DNA of 64,000 nt from assembly GCA_965242725.1 (NCBI GenBank), contig CBDESZ010000026.1, forward strand, positions 85,399 through 149,398, written 5' to 3'. Below the pieces are notes generated by a model. That model was not told the origin of the DNA. It searched no databases and was given only the letters and a program-made list of their open reading frames with translations. Position 1 is the first letter of the stretch. Every line of letters starts with the position of its first letter. Positions 9,689-19,913 of the stretch are shown piece after piece. The translations under genes and the position numbers were made by a program. This DNA is from Alkalispirochaeta sp. (lineage in GTDB: Bacteria > Spirochaetota > Spirochaetia > DSM-27196 > Alkalispirochaetaceae).

Positions 9689-11048
9689 CGGTGTGCTGCA
9701 TCCGTTTGAGTTCTTCCCGATCGGTGGTATAGACGGCAACGGCATGTGCGATTGCGTCAAATACGGCATCAGGATTGTGCGCCTCAATATGAAATCCCGT
9801 TGAAGAATCAACGGTATCGGCGAGACCTCCTGTGCGCGTTACGATGGGGATCGTTCCGTACCGCATTGAATACATCTGGTTGAGACCGCACGGTTCATAC
9901 CGGCTGGGCATGAGAAAGAAATCGCTTCCCCCTTCAATCTGATGGGCGAGGGTGTCGCTGTACATGGCGAGTCCCGCAAAGTTTTCATACATGTGCGAGA
10001 GCTCCCTGACGCGATCTTCACACCACCGCTCTCCCGTTCCAAGGACGACCCACTGGACGGGAAGTTCGGTGAGTATACGCTCGGCCGCGCCGTACTGGGG
10101 ATCAAAGAGCTCTTCTATTCCCTTTTGACGGGTCAGACGGGTCACCATGCCGATCAGGGGTGTGCCGGACGAGACGGGAAGCTCCAGCTCATCCTGAAGT
10201 TGGGCCTTGCACACCCGTTTCCCCCCGCATGTCCTCTGCATTGAACCGTGCAGGCAGATATGGATCGGTGTCGGGGTTCCACACGGTCGTGTCGATCCCG
10301 TTGAGGATTCCCCGCAGATCGGGAGCGCGCATTTGCAGCGCCGTATGGAGGTTGTATCCGTAGCGGGCTGCTGTATTTCCCGGGCGTAGGTGGGACTCAC
10401 CGCGACGATCCGGTCGCTGCTGTAAATGCCGCCCTTGAGGAGATTGAGAGATTCACCCTGAATCAGCCCGAAGCTCTCCGCCTCCGTTTCGGACATACCG
10501 ATCGTACTCAACCCCTCCGTTTTCGGGATCGTTCCCTGAAATGCGAGATTATGTATGGACAACACCGTGCCGGCGGCACCGATCGCCGTCTTTCGATAGA
10601 AGTGTCGCAGAAAGACCGGCGTCAATGCGCCGGACCAGTCGTGGGCGTGGATCACATCGGGCACAAAGTTCTTGAGCAGGGCAACCTCAAGGGCACCCCG
10701 GGAGAGCAGGGCAAATCGCAGTGTGTTGTCACCGTAGCTCTGGTCCGCGGTCGGACCGTAAATGCCGTCCCGACGAAAGAGCACCTCATGTTCGATGAGG
10801 TGAATCGTGACGCCCTGTACCTTCGCCGTCAGGACGGCACATCCATAGTCGTGACCGGCGATCACCACCGACAGCGGCGCCGCTTCCCGCTCAAACGAGT
10901 CAGTCTGCACCATTTTGTACTTCGGCATGACCACGTGGACGTCGTGTCCTCCCGCGGCGAGTCCGGTTGCGAGGGCGGTGACGGCGTCGGCAAGGCCGCC
11001 CGCCTTGGCAAGGGTGTAGTATTCACTGGTCACCAGAAGGATGTTCAC
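9549..11048 (-). CDS. glgA: Glycogen synthase; contains two compensating frameshifts
   Basis: KAGGLAD, HAHDW, HNLAFQG, RLTRQKG, PSRYEPCGLNQM; the conserved segment YGYNL...GILNGID...WNPDTDPYL lies in an alternate frame between about 10362 and 10221. Confidence 0.92.
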   Translation of the reverse strand: MNILLVTSEYYTLAKAGGLADAVTALATGLAAGGHDVHVVMPKYKMVQTDSFEREAAPLSVVIAGHDYGCAVLTAKVQGVTIHLIEHEVLFRRDGIYGPTADQSYGDNTLRFALLSRGALEVALLKNFVPDVIHAHDWSGALTPVFLRHFYRKTAIGAAGTVLSIHNLAFQGTIPKTEGLSTIGMSETEAESFGLIQGESLNLLKGGIYSSDRIVAVSPTYAREIQQPATDTTSIRRCKCALPICGESSTGSTRPCGTPTPIHICLHGSMQRTCGGKRVCKAQLQDELELPVSSGTPLIGMVTRLTRQKGIEELFDPQYGAAERILTELPVQWVVLGTGERWCEDRVRELSHMYENFAGLAMYSDTLAHQIEGGSDFFLMPSRYEPCGLNQMYSMRYGTIPIVTRTGGLADTVDSSTGFHIEAHNPDAVFDAIAHAVAVYTTDREELKRMQHTAMTRDFGLYRSIEQYERLYDGIIDAEVDETCDAVPHPMRSDDTNPR

Positions 11049-11050
11049 GG

Positions 11051-11884
11051 TTACCTATAGTAACTTATTCGGAAGTCCGACTCAAATGAAAAATTCAACG
11101 CCTCATATAATTTCACGGCGGCGACGTTGTTTCGCTTTACAAATAACGACGTTCCCCGGCCTTCTTCGGAAAGACGTCGCATGAGATGCGTCATGAGCCA
11201 CCGCGCGAGACCACGGCCGCGCCACGCAGGGTCTGTGTAGACTCCGCCGATCTGGTCCGTCCGATATCCCCGCGCATTTGTCGCAACCCTGGCAATTGCC
11301 TGTCCCCGGTAATAGGCGACGAGGACGACGTGTTTTCTGAGACTCTCCGTGAGAGTCGCCTTGCTTGCCGAGATGGTTGATGTCCGACCGGGAAGAAGAA
11401 CTTCTTCCGCCTCATACGCCATATGGAGGGGGAGGAGCTGACGCCACTCGTCGCTCCCCGGAACACGTACCGATATTTCCGGATGAGGCGGACTGTTGGG
11501 TTCGACTGAGCAGGGAGGGTGAGAAAGAAGAAAATAGTCGACGGAAATCGAGGGTCGGCCTGCGAAAGAACGGGCGATCGCAGCGACGTCATTGCTCTGC
11601 CCCATAATTGCGTAGAGACGGACAAACGACCCGATAAGACTTCGCAACTGGCCGGCCCGGGGAACGTTCGGCGCAACACCGGCGGGATAGAAGAAACCGC
11701 CCGGGCCGTGATAGAGGGCCGCTGACTCTCCGTACCGGTAAAAACGGCCTCCCTTTCTCAGGCGTTTGTCCAGCGGCTCCGAGCGATATTTCTCGCTCAT
11801 TACCGTCGTTCGGGGCTCATTCCTCGCGAGATAATCGGCAAATCCGCGGTCATTTCCTGAGGTAAGGAGGCGCCATTCTTCCAT
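11051..11884 (-). CDS. GNAT family N-acetyltransferase
   Basis: IGGVYTDPAWRGRGLA acetyl-CoA motif, NVAAVKLYEALNF. Confidence 0.85.
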   Translation of the reverse strand: MEEWRLLTSGNDRGFADYLARNEPRTTVMSEKYRSEPLDKRLRKGGRFYRYGESAALYHGPGGFFYPAGVAPNVPRAGQLRSLIGSFVRLYAIMGQSNDVAAIARSFAGRPSISVDYFLLSHPPCSVEPNSPPHPEISVRVPGSDEWRQLLPLHMAYEAEEVLLPGRTSTISASKATLTESLRKHVVLVAYYRGQAIARVATNARGYRTDQIGGVYTDPAWRGRGLARWLMTHLMRRLSEEGRGTSLFVKRNNVAAVKLYEALNFSFESDFRISYYR

Positions 11885-11900
11885 AACAGGTCTTCCTTCC

Positions 11901-13664
11901 TCAGTCGCTCACCCCGTCAATAGCCACCGGCAGCTTCCCCAGCGCCTCAAAATCTCCACGGAGGGCGGCAAATCCCGTTTCGAAGCTTTCCGTTCCCCAT
12001 CCGTAGACGGCGATGGCCGACTGAACCCATGGAAGATCTTCAAGATAGATCGGGGTGAGGATGCTGTATACAATCACCCGGGTGTCGATGTCCCGTACCG
12101 TTTCAAGGACTTCAGCGCTGTTGGGATCGCTGAGCAGAAATATCACCGTATCGTAATCTTCTGCGGTCTCCTGAAAGCGCCGCCTGTCGACGGCGGTCGA
12201 GTTGTAGAAGGTATTGTTTGAAAATCGGAACTCTCCGGTAACCGGCAGGAACCGCCTGCCTACCCGAAAAAAGTCCGGATCCTTTCCGGCGAGGAGAATC
12301 CGTTCTCCCGGGGCCGGCTGATATGGTATCTCTTCGTCCCGTACGATGGTCACGCTTCGTCCCGCCTGATCGAGAAAAAATTGCTGCGCCGGCCGTGATC
12401 GCATATATGATCGAATCCGGTTCGTATCAGGTATGAGAGGCACCCGTCCATCGGGTCTGAGATAGGCGAGTTTTACCCGCAGTATGCGGCGTACCGATTC
12501 GACAACACGGCGCCGGAACTCCTCTTCCTCATGGTACGCCGTGACGAGACGATTCCATATGTCGCCGTCAAATCCGGGCGTCTGGGAGAGCATGACCATG
12601 TCATTCCCCGCTTCGATTGCACGTTTTACCAACTCCGCAAAATCCCATCCCCGGGTCTGTCCATATTCAAGTGCACCGCCCATGTACAGGTCATCGGTGA
12701 TAACGATACCTTCAAAACCGAGGCGTTCCCGGAGGACGTGGCGTTTGAAATATGGGGAAATACTTGCCGGTACGGTGTCGCCGGTGATGGCGGGAAAGCT
12801 CAAATGGCCGCTCAGGACGGCGGGAATACCCTCGCGTACCAGCATGCGGAAGGGAAGGAGGTCACGTTCCCAGATCGTGTCAAAATCGTCTTCGATGACC
12901 GGGAGCATGCCGTGGCTGTCGCCGCGAGCGTTCCCATGACCGGGAAAGTGTTTGGCCGTCGCGATGACGCCGGACTGCTCCATACCGCGATAAAAGGCGA
13001 CTCCCAGAAGCCCCGTCGCCACCGGGTCATCGGAAAACGCCCGGGGACCGATGACATGGGCCTCGGCGTTCACATAGACATCGACGGTAGGAGCAAAGTT
13101 CATATTGACGCCCAGCGCCCTGAGCTCCTGGCCGATGTAGTGGGCGCTGGTGAATGAGTCGTAGGGCAACCCCGTCGCGCCGATTGCCATATTCCCGGGA
13201 GTTATGGATGTCCCGTCCTTGATATGTCTGACCCAACCACCTTCCTGGTCGGTGGCGGTAAAGAGGGGAATCGAGAGGGGTGTCTGTAAACTGGCCCTCT
13301 GCATCGTGCCGACCGCCTCGGCAAGGGCTGCCAGATTTTCTCCGTTCCATCCGAAAATTTTCACCCCGCCGATGTTGCGCTCGGTTATCCACTGCATGAT
13401 TTCAGGTGTCGGGGCTTCAGTTGACCAGCTCACCATGAGCAGTTGTGCCAGTCGCTCTTCGTCGGACATCTGCGATATGAGCGAATCGATCAGGCGGCTC
13501 ACCTCACCGTCGGCTTCCACCCGATGGTCGGTAATGGAAAAGTCGCCGTCCCAGAACGGACCGGACGGTCTATCCTGGCCGGCGACCGGTTCCGACACGA
13601 GTATTGACATGGCCGCAATGAGGGCGAAGAACATTGTGCGACGGTACCACGACTCAGGCACCAT
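11901..13664 (-). CDS. Secreted GH3 beta-N-acetylhexosaminidase (NagZ-like); start may be 13634
   Basis: DQEGG, KHFPGHGNARGDSH (Asp-His dyad), ITDDLYM nucleophile; N-terminal signal-peptide-like segment. Confidence 0.88.
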   Translation of the reverse strand: MVPESWYRRTMFFALIAAMSILVSEPVAGQDRPSGPFWDGDFSITDHRVEADGEVSRLIDSLISQMSDEERLAQLLMVSWSTEAPTPEIMQWITERNIGGVKIFGWNGENLAALAEAVGTMQRASLQTPLSIPLFTATDQEGGWVRHIKDGTSITPGNMAIGATGLPYDSFTSAHYIGQELRALGVNMNFAPTVDVYVNAEAHVIGPRAFSDDPVATGLLGVAFYRGMEQSGVIATAKHFPGHGNARGDSHGMLPVIEDDFDTIWERDLLPFRMLVREGIPAVLSGHLSFPAITGDTVPASISPYFKRHVLRERLGFEGIVITDDLYMGGALEYGQTRGWDFAELVKRAIEAGNDMVMLSQTPGFDGDIWNRLVTAYHEEEEFRRRVVESVRRILRVKLAYLRPDGRVPLIPDTNRIRSYMRSRPAQQFFLDQAGRSVTIVRDEEIPYQPAPGERILLAGKDPDFFRVGRRFLPVTGEFRFSNNTFYNSTAVDRRRFQETAEDYDTVIFLLSDPNSAEVLETVRDIDTRVIVYSILTPIYLEDLPWVQSAIAVYGWGTESFETGFAALRGDFEALGKLPVAIDGVSD

Positions 13665-13673
13665 CAACAAGCT

Positions 13674-14633
13674 TTACACTAACGAGGCCTGCGCCGTTGT
13701 CTGAGCGGATATGTACTTACCCGCGGCGTGGGCGGCGACGGCTCCGTCGGCGGCGGCCACTACGAGCTGTCTGAACGGCGTCGTCCGCACATCTCCAACC
13801 GCAAAGAGTCCCGGCGAGGAAGACTCCATCAACTCATTGGTAACGACATACCCCATCTCATCCTTGCGCACGAAGGGCACGAGATCCGTCGCGGGGTCGG
13901 AGCCGATAAAAATGAAAACTCCGCCTACGACCTCTTCGGTTCCCTCACCCGTCGTGACGTCCCGCAACCGTACACCGGCAACGGCATCGATTCCGTATTC
14001 GTTTTCCCCGCCGATGATTTTCTCGAGAACCGTATTGAACCGGACGTCGATCCGGGGGTTCTCCAGTACCCGCTGCGCGATCGCGCCCTGGGCGCGAAAT
14101 GTGTCCCGCCGGTGAACGAGAATGACCCTGTCTGTCAGTGACGACAGAAAGGTAGCCTCATCACATGCGGCGTCACCTCCCCCGACAACCACCATCGGCT
14201 TGCCGGCAAACATGGGCCCGTCGCAGGTCGCGCAGTAGCTTACTCCCCGTCCGGCAAACTCTTCCTCTCCGGGGACGCCGAGATGACGATGCCGTGCCCC
14301 CGTGGCGAGGATCACCGTATCCGCGGCGTAGGTGAGGTCTTCGGTCACAATTTCGTATACGCCCGATGCGGTTCGGGTTATCGATTCAACCTCCGCGAGT
14401 GTGATCTCGGCACCGAATTTCCGCGCCTGCGTTTCAAACCGTTCGGAAAAGTCCGCGCCGTTCATCGGTTCCGGAAAACCGGGATAGTTTTCAAGGTCGT
14501 TAATCACGTTGCACTGACCACCGGGTGCGCTCCGTTCCAGGAGAAGGGTCTTGAGATTGCCCCGGGCGGCGTATTGTGCCGCCGTCAGTCCGGCGGCGCC
14601 TGCGCCGATGATGATCACGTCGTATCGTTCCAT
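13674..14633 (-). CDS. trxB: Thioredoxin reductase
   Basis: GAGAAG, GVSYCATCDG, GGGDAACDEA, HRRDTFRA; GGAGG RBS before ATG 14633. Confidence 0.95.
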   Translation of the reverse strand: MERYDVIIIGAGAAGLTAAQYAARGNLKTLLLERSAPGGQCNVINDLENYPGFPEPMNGADFSERFETQARKFGAEITLAEVESITRTASGVYEIVTEDLTYAADTVILATGARHRHLGVPGEEEFAGRGVSYCATCDGPMFAGKPMVVVGGGDAACDEATFLSSLTDRVILVHRRDTFRAQGAIAQRVLENPRIDVRFNTVLEKIIGGENEYGIDAVAGVRLRDVTTGEGTEEVVGGVFIFIGSDPATDLVPFVRKDEMGYVVTNELMESSSPGLFAVGDVRTTPFRQLVVAAADGAVAAHAAGKYISAQTTAQASLV

Positions 14634-14650
14634 GTGGCCTCCATATTCCA

Positions 14651-14685
14651 TATAATCATATATATAAAAAACCAGTTATTGTCAA
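14651..14685 (-). promoter_or_regulatory. trxB promoter with AT-rich operator-like box
   Basis: Minus strand TTGACA (14685-14680)-N17-TATATG; box TATAATCATATATATA at 14651-14666. Confidence 0.5.
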
Positions 14686-14720
14686 ACGCCACACATCGTA
14701 CTTCCGTTCATGCCATTTCC

Positions 14721-14748
14721 TTAATATCACCGCCGGGAATACCGATAC
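14721..14748 (+). promoter_or_regulatory. Candidate sigma28 promoter for flgN-flgK-flgL-fliW-csrA
   Basis: TTAA/TAAT-N15/16-ACCGATAC about 20 nt upstream of the flgN start. Confidence 0.5.
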
Positions 14749-14767
14749 ACAATATCGGAGGCGTAGC

Positions 14768-15262
14768 ATGAAACAAACGACGGCGATCCATCTATTTCTT
14801 GAATTGCTGGAACGTCAAACGACGCTCATAGAAGAACTGACGGAGAAGCAGACGACCCTCCAGGGACTGGTAGTCCGTAAAGACTGGACCGGAATGGAAC
14901 GGCTCGTTCCCGAAATGACGGCACTGAGTGAGGCGATAAGCCGCGTGGAGTCGAAGCGGAACGACGTCTTCGGCGAGCTGAGTGCCTCTTTCGGCCAGGT
15001 GAATTCGTTTGCCCATATTCTCATACATCTTCCGGAAGAGATTCGCAGTGCGATCTCGCGGCAGTATCGGGCTCTGAAGATTGCGGTATTGCGACTTCAG
15101 TCACGGACGGCGACGATGGACGCCTACGTGCGCTCAAATATGTCGACCAACCGCGATGTTCTGCGGGAGTTGATGCCGGAACACTCAACAAATGGCTACA
15201 CCCGTGAGGGGCGCGGCCACTTCTCCACGGCTTCTGCGGTGGTTGTCAACCACGAATTATAG
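14768..15262 (+). CDS. flgN: FlgN-like flagellar export chaperone
   Basis: All-helical 164 aa protein immediately upstream of flgK; GGAGG RBS. Confidence 0.7.
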   Translation: MKQTTAIHLFLELLERQTTLIEELTEKQTTLQGLVVRKDWTGMERLVPEMTALSEAISRVESKRNDVFGELSASFGQVNSFAHILIHLPEEIRSAISRQYRALKIAVLRLQSRTATMDAYVRSNMSTNRDVLRELMPEHSTNGYTREGRGHFSTASAVVVNHEL

Positions 15263-15273
15263 GCGAGGGCGAT

Positions 15274-17181
15274 ATGCAGTCCACTTTTGCAGGAATCGAG
15301 CTGGGAAAACGGGGCATTCTTGCCCATCAGCGGGCACTTCAGACGGTGGGTCACAACCTCACAAACGCGTCGACTGAGGGCTACTCCCGTCAGCGCGTAC
15401 ACATGCAGGCGACTCAGCCGATTTACCGTCCTCAGTTGAACCGCGCCGAGACGGCGGGGCAGATCGGTCAGGGAGTGGATATCGCCAGGGTTGAACGCGT
15501 CAGGGATCACCTTCTTGAAGGGCGCATCATCACCTCTTCGGGCGACCAGAGTTACTGGGATACCCGGGACCGCTATATTCTCCAACTGGAACAGGTCTAC
15601 AACGAAGTCGGCGATTCATCGGTGCGAAACCTTATGGACCGCTTCTGGGACTCCTGGCAGGAGCTCTCCCTCTATCCGGACCAGCGTGCCGCCCGGGAGG
15701 CGGTCCTGCAAAGGGGTGAGGCCCTTGTCGACGGAATTCGGCTGCGCTACAACAGTCTGGACCGCATCTCCGCGATGACCGAACAGGAAATCAAGGGAAA
15801 TGTTGAAGAAGCCAATACCCTGATTCGTGATATCGCCGCGGTGAACCGGGAAATTACAAACGTCAAAGCTGCCGGTGACAGTCCCAACGACCTCATGGAT
15901 CGTCGGGACCTGCTGGTGGAGAAACTCGCTGAAATCATCGACGTCACCGTCGACGATCGCGACCCCGACGAGTTCAGCGTGTACACCGCAGGCTTTCACA
16001 TCGTCCAGGGACGGATCGGCCGGCCTTTTGAACTCGCGCCAAATCGACAGAACGAAGGGTACAGCTCCGTGGTGTGGGCCCACAGCGGTGAGGAGGTTCG
16101 CTTTCGCGGCGGTTCTCTCGGCGCGCTGCAGGAACTGCGGGACGGTGACATTCGGACGGAAATACGCGCCCTCGACAGCATGACCATAAACGTAGTGGAC
16201 CTCGTCAACGAGATCCATCGCGAGGGGTACGGCCTTAACGGAAGAACCGGCCGGGACTTTTTCACGGAGTATCCCGCCATATTGAACGCCCAGGGCAACT
16301 TTGATTCTGATCTTGACGGAAACTTCGACACCAGCCTCATCTTCCGCCTCTCCGGAGGAAACTCCCTGAATCTTCAGGCCCAGATCGGTCTCGAGGGAAC
16401 CATTCGCCTTCCTTCAACGTCACCTGCCGCCGTAGACGGCCTGGTGGACGTACCATATCGGGCAACGGACACGGTGGAGGACGTCATCGCGCGGATCAAC
16501 AACGCCGGCGCGGACGTCGTGGCCCGTCTTGATCGACAGGGACGGCTGGAGTTCAAAGGAACCCCCGTCGATACAATGGAACATCGGGACTTTGTGATTC
16601 GTCATCTCGAGGACGACGGACAGTTTCTCACCGGATACGCGGGACTCCTCGGCGAGAGCGGCCCCGACGGTGCGTTCCGGTGGGATCAGGCGGATGCGAT
16701 TCTCTCGCTGCGGGGAGAGGGGCCGGACCGGCCCGCTGCGGCGTACTCGGTCGCTCCGCTGCAGCATCCGGCGGGATGGATGGAAATCAACCCCGACATA
16801 CGCCGCGAACCGGCGTCCATCGCCGGCTCTTTTTCAAACGCCGGCGGCCCGGGTGAAACCGGTGACGGACGTGCTGCGCTTGCGATTGCGCAAATCAGAA
16901 ATACCACCGTCGGAATCGGTCGTACCGAGACGCTGGACGACTATTTTGCCGACAGCGTCGCCCGCATAGGTCTCAAGGGAGAAGAGGCGGAGCTTTCACT
17001 GGACACCAGCCGGCGCATACACAAGGATCTCACCGACATGCGTCAATCCATAAGCGGCGTAAATCTGGACGAGGAACTGGCGGAGATGATCAAGTATCAG
17101 CACGGATATCAGGCGGCGGCGCGGTATATCTCCAACATCGACCAAATGCTGGATACCATTATTAACCGCATGGGAGTGTAA
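15274..17181 (+). CDS. flgK: Flagellar hook-associated protein 1
   Basis: GHNLTNASTEGYSRQRV N-terminus; SGVNLDEE...YQAAAR C-terminus. Confidence 0.96.
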   Translation: MQSTFAGIELGKRGILAHQRALQTVGHNLTNASTEGYSRQRVHMQATQPIYRPQLNRAETAGQIGQGVDIARVERVRDHLLEGRIITSSGDQSYWDTRDRYILQLEQVYNEVGDSSVRNLMDRFWDSWQELSLYPDQRAAREAVLQRGEALVDGIRLRYNSLDRISAMTEQEIKGNVEEANTLIRDIAAVNREITNVKAAGDSPNDLMDRRDLLVEKLAEIIDVTVDDRDPDEFSVYTAGFHIVQGRIGRPFELAPNRQNEGYSSVVWAHSGEEVRFRGGSLGALQELRDGDIRTEIRALDSMTINVVDLVNEIHREGYGLNGRTGRDFFTEYPAILNAQGNFDSDLDGNFDTSLIFRLSGGNSLNLQAQIGLEGTIRLPSTSPAAVDGLVDVPYRATDTVEDVIARINNAGADVVARLDRQGRLEFKGTPVDTMEHRDFVIRHLEDDGQFLTGYAGLLGESGPDGAFRWDQADAILSLRGEGPDRPAAAYSVAPLQHPAGWMEINPDIRREPASIAGSFSNAGGPGETGDGRAALAIAQIRNTTVGIGRTETLDDYFADSVARIGLKGEEAELSLDTSRRIHKDLTDMRQSISGVNLDEELAEMIKYQHGYQAAARYISNIDQMLDTIINRMGV

Positions 17182-17187
17182 TGAACA

Positions 17188-18435
17188 ATGGACCGGATAA
17201 GTACCAATCTACCCAATGACAGTATGCAGTTCCACCTCAGGGAACGGACAAAGGCGATGGAACAGCTCTCAAACCAGCTTGCCGGTCAGACCCGCATTCT
17301 CAATCTCCGGGACGACCCGATGGCTGCCGCCCACGCGACACGATACCGGTCGTATACGGCGCGCCTGGAACGGTTCAGCGAAAACATAGAGACGATCAGG
17401 GACCGGAATGTGATCACCGAGGGTTACATCCAGCAGGCGGGAGACATGCTCCAGAGAGCCCGGGAGATCGCGGTACAGAGCGCCAACGGCACCTATACCG
17501 CCGAGGACATGCGTCATATGGCGACGGAAATCGACCAGATTCTCAATGAGATGGTCGAGGTTGCCAATGCACGCGGCTCCGACGGCACGACGATTTTCTC
17601 CGGTGACCGGGGCAACCAGCTCCCGTTCCGTGCCGTAGAGGGAATACGCGCCGGGGGAGAGCGGTCGGTGATCACGGAAGTGCAGTATCGGGGCACGATC
17701 AACCGCCAGAACGCTGAAATCGGCGAGAACTCGTTTATCCAGACAAACTGGCCGGGCAATCAGGTTTTCTGGGCGGAAAACCAGCAGATCACCTCCCGTA
17801 CCGATGCACGTGATTTTCAGGTTCATCAGAATGGAACGGTTTCAGTCGACGGCGTCGATATCGAGGTGCGCGAGGGCGACACAGTTCACTCTCTGGTACA
17901 CAAAATCAATGAATCGGGGGCGCCCGTAAAGGCCCATGTCGATCCCGTATACTCAAGCCTTGTTATTCAGAGCACATCACCCCATCAGATCTGGCTGGAA
18001 GACGACACGCAGGGACGCGTCTTTGAACGCCTTGGCCTCGTCCGGTCCGCACAGGATCCGCCTCCCGACAACGTGGCGCCGTCGGCGCTTCGTTCCGGCG
18101 GCTCCGTCTTTGATACGCTGATCAGCCTTCGGGACAATCTGTTTGCAGGCGATCAGGAAGCGATAGGCGGACGGGGAATTCAGTCGGTAGATCAGGCCCT
18201 TGACAACATCTTTGCCGGCCTGGGAAAACTGGGTGCCATTAACTCCCGGCTGGACTACGCATATGAGCGCACGGAAATGGAAATTCCCCGGGTGATTGCC
18301 CAGGACTCACGGAATACCGATGTGGATATGGCGGAAGCGATCATGGAACTGCGACAGCTGGAGCAGACACATCGCGCCGCATTGGGGGCGTCGGCCCGGG
18401 TCATACAGCCGACGCTTCTCGATTTCCTCCGATAG
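17188..18435 (+). CDS. flgL: Flagellar hook-associated protein 3
   Basis: Flagellin-like termini (RDDPMAA, QSANGTY, DVDMAEAI, PTLLDFLR); follows flgK. Confidence 0.94.
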   Translation: MDRISTNLPNDSMQFHLRERTKAMEQLSNQLAGQTRILNLRDDPMAAAHATRYRSYTARLERFSENIETIRDRNVITEGYIQQAGDMLQRAREIAVQSANGTYTAEDMRHMATEIDQILNEMVEVANARGSDGTTIFSGDRGNQLPFRAVEGIRAGGERSVITEVQYRGTINRQNAEIGENSFIQTNWPGNQVFWAENQQITSRTDARDFQVHQNGTVSVDGVDIEVREGDTVHSLVHKINESGAPVKAHVDPVYSSLVIQSTSPHQIWLEDDTQGRVFERLGLVRSAQDPPPDNVAPSALRSGGSVFDTLISLRDNLFAGDQEAIGGRGIQSVDQALDNIFAGLGKLGAINSRLDYAYERTEMEIPRVIAQDSRNTDVDMAEAIMELRQLEQTHRAALGASARVIQPTLLDFLR

Positions 18436-18448
18436 CAGTAACGCGACG

Positions 18449-18898
18449 ATGAAACAGCGAACCATTGAAACCAAAGCGTACGGCGTCATTCCGATTGAAG
18501 AACGCCAGATTGTCTCATTTCCCCTCGGTCTCTACGGATTTGAAGGACACCGGGAGTTTGCACTTCTTGATTCCGATACGCCGCCATTTTACTGGCTTCA
18601 AAGTATGGAAAGCAGGGAGGTCGCGTTCATCCTTGTAAATCCCTATGTCATCGTGCCGGAATACGTTCTTGATATTTCGGAAGATGACCTTGATACGATC
18701 GAAAATCCCGCGCCGGAGGATCTCCTCGTCTTTGCCATTGTGACCATCCCCGCAGAACGGCGTGACATGAGCTGCAACCTTCAGGGACCGGTGATCATAC
18801 ACCGGGACCGGAGAATCGGACGTCAGTCGATATCTCTGGACCAGCGATGGCCGATCAAACGGTATCTGCTTCCCCGGGAAGGGCGGGAATCATGCTGA
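18449..18898 (+). CDS. fliW: Flagellar assembly factor FliW (CsrA antagonist)
   Basis: [30 protein letters not shown]. Confidence 0.93.
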   Translation: MKQRTIETKAYGVIPIEERQIVSFPLGLYGFEGHREFALLDSDTPPFYWLQSMESREVAFILVNPYVIVPEYVLDISEDDLDTIENPAPEDLLVFAIVTIPAERRDMSCNLQGPVIIHRDRRIGRQSISLDQRWPIKRYLLPREGRESC

Positions 18899-19155
18899 TT
18901 CTCAGTCGCAAGGTCAACGAACGGATCATGATTGGTGATTCCATCGAGGTTTCCGTTCTTGAAATCCGGGGAGACCAGGTGAAACTGGGTATCATCGCAC
19001 CGAGAACCGTTCACGTCCATCGGCGAGAGGTTTTTGACGCGATTCAGGAAGAAAACAGGGCGGCCGCCCAGGGCCTTCCTGAGGACCTGCAGGGACTGTC
19101 GGACCTTCTCGGCGGGAACGGTAACGGTGAATCCTCCGCGCCGTCGGATGAGTAA
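18892..19155 (+). CDS. csrA: Carbon storage regulator CsrA
   Basis: [16 protein letters not shown]...VKLGIIAP...VHRREV. Confidence 0.96.
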   Translation: MLILSRKVNERIMIGDSIEVSVLEIRGDQVKLGIIAPRTVHVHRREVFDAIQEENRAAAQGLPEDLQGLSDLLGGNGNGESSAPSDE

Positions 19156-19178
19156 CAGCCGGCGGTCATCGCGCGAGG

Positions 19179-19913
19179 TCAACCCTGCGGATCGGGACGG
19201 AACGTTGGGTGCGATTTTCGCGTTCCGATCTCTTCACTGCGCAAATATTCCGGTCCCTGGTACGGATCATCCCACTCCCGCAGCCCATACTTCCTGAAGC
19301 CCAGAAGCGCGACACCGACAGCACAGGAGAGTCCTCCCGCCTTCGGGCGTTCCAACCCGACGGGTACCGTCTCCGGAAGAGGGTCGGGACCGGTAAGGCA
19401 CGTCCCGGGATATGACCGGGCCATCGCGATCACCTCCTCGACGGGAATATCCCTGTCTGCCACCACCCGGGAGAGCATTTCCGCATCAGAATCGTGGACA
19501 AAGAGCGCCGCGTAATAGCGCTGCTTACGTGCATCCATAAACGGCAGGATTGCCTCAGGTACCGGTATTCCCCGGACAGCTCGAAAATAACGCTCCGTTT
19601 CGGCAATTCCATGCAGAGAATCGACGGAAATGACGGGGCACTTCCATGCAAGGGCGAGCGCTTTTGCCGTGGACATCCCGATACGGAGACCCGTAAAACT
19701 GCCGGGGCCGCAGGCGACGGCAACCGCCGACAGGGGAGCCGACTGCCGGTCCCGGTCATGGGTCCGCAGAAAGTCGTCAATGGCGGGCAGGAGGTTTTCA
19801 GTATGCCGCAGCCCGTTCGGATCGTCGATATTTCCCAGAAGGCTCCGGTCCTCCATGAGGGCAAGCCCGAGGATTCCGTTGGAGGTGTCTATCGAAAGGA
19901 TACGATCACCCAT
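19179..19913 (-). CDS. tsaB: tRNA threonylcarbamoyladenosine biosynthesis protein TsaB
   Basis: LSIDTS, GPGSFTGLRIG, DARKQRYY. Confidence 0.93.
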   Translation of the reverse strand: MGDRILSIDTSNGILGLALMEDRSLLGNIDDPNGLRHTENLLPAIDDFLRTHDRDRQSAPLSAVAVACGPGSFTGLRIGMSTAKALALAWKCPVISVDSLHGIAETERYFRAVRGIPVPEAILPFMDARKQRYYAALFVHDSDAEMLSRVVADRDIPVEEVIAMARSYPGTCLTGPDPLPETVPVGLERPKAGGLSCAVGVALLGFRKYGLREWDDPYQGPEYLRSEEIGTRKSHPTFRPDPQG

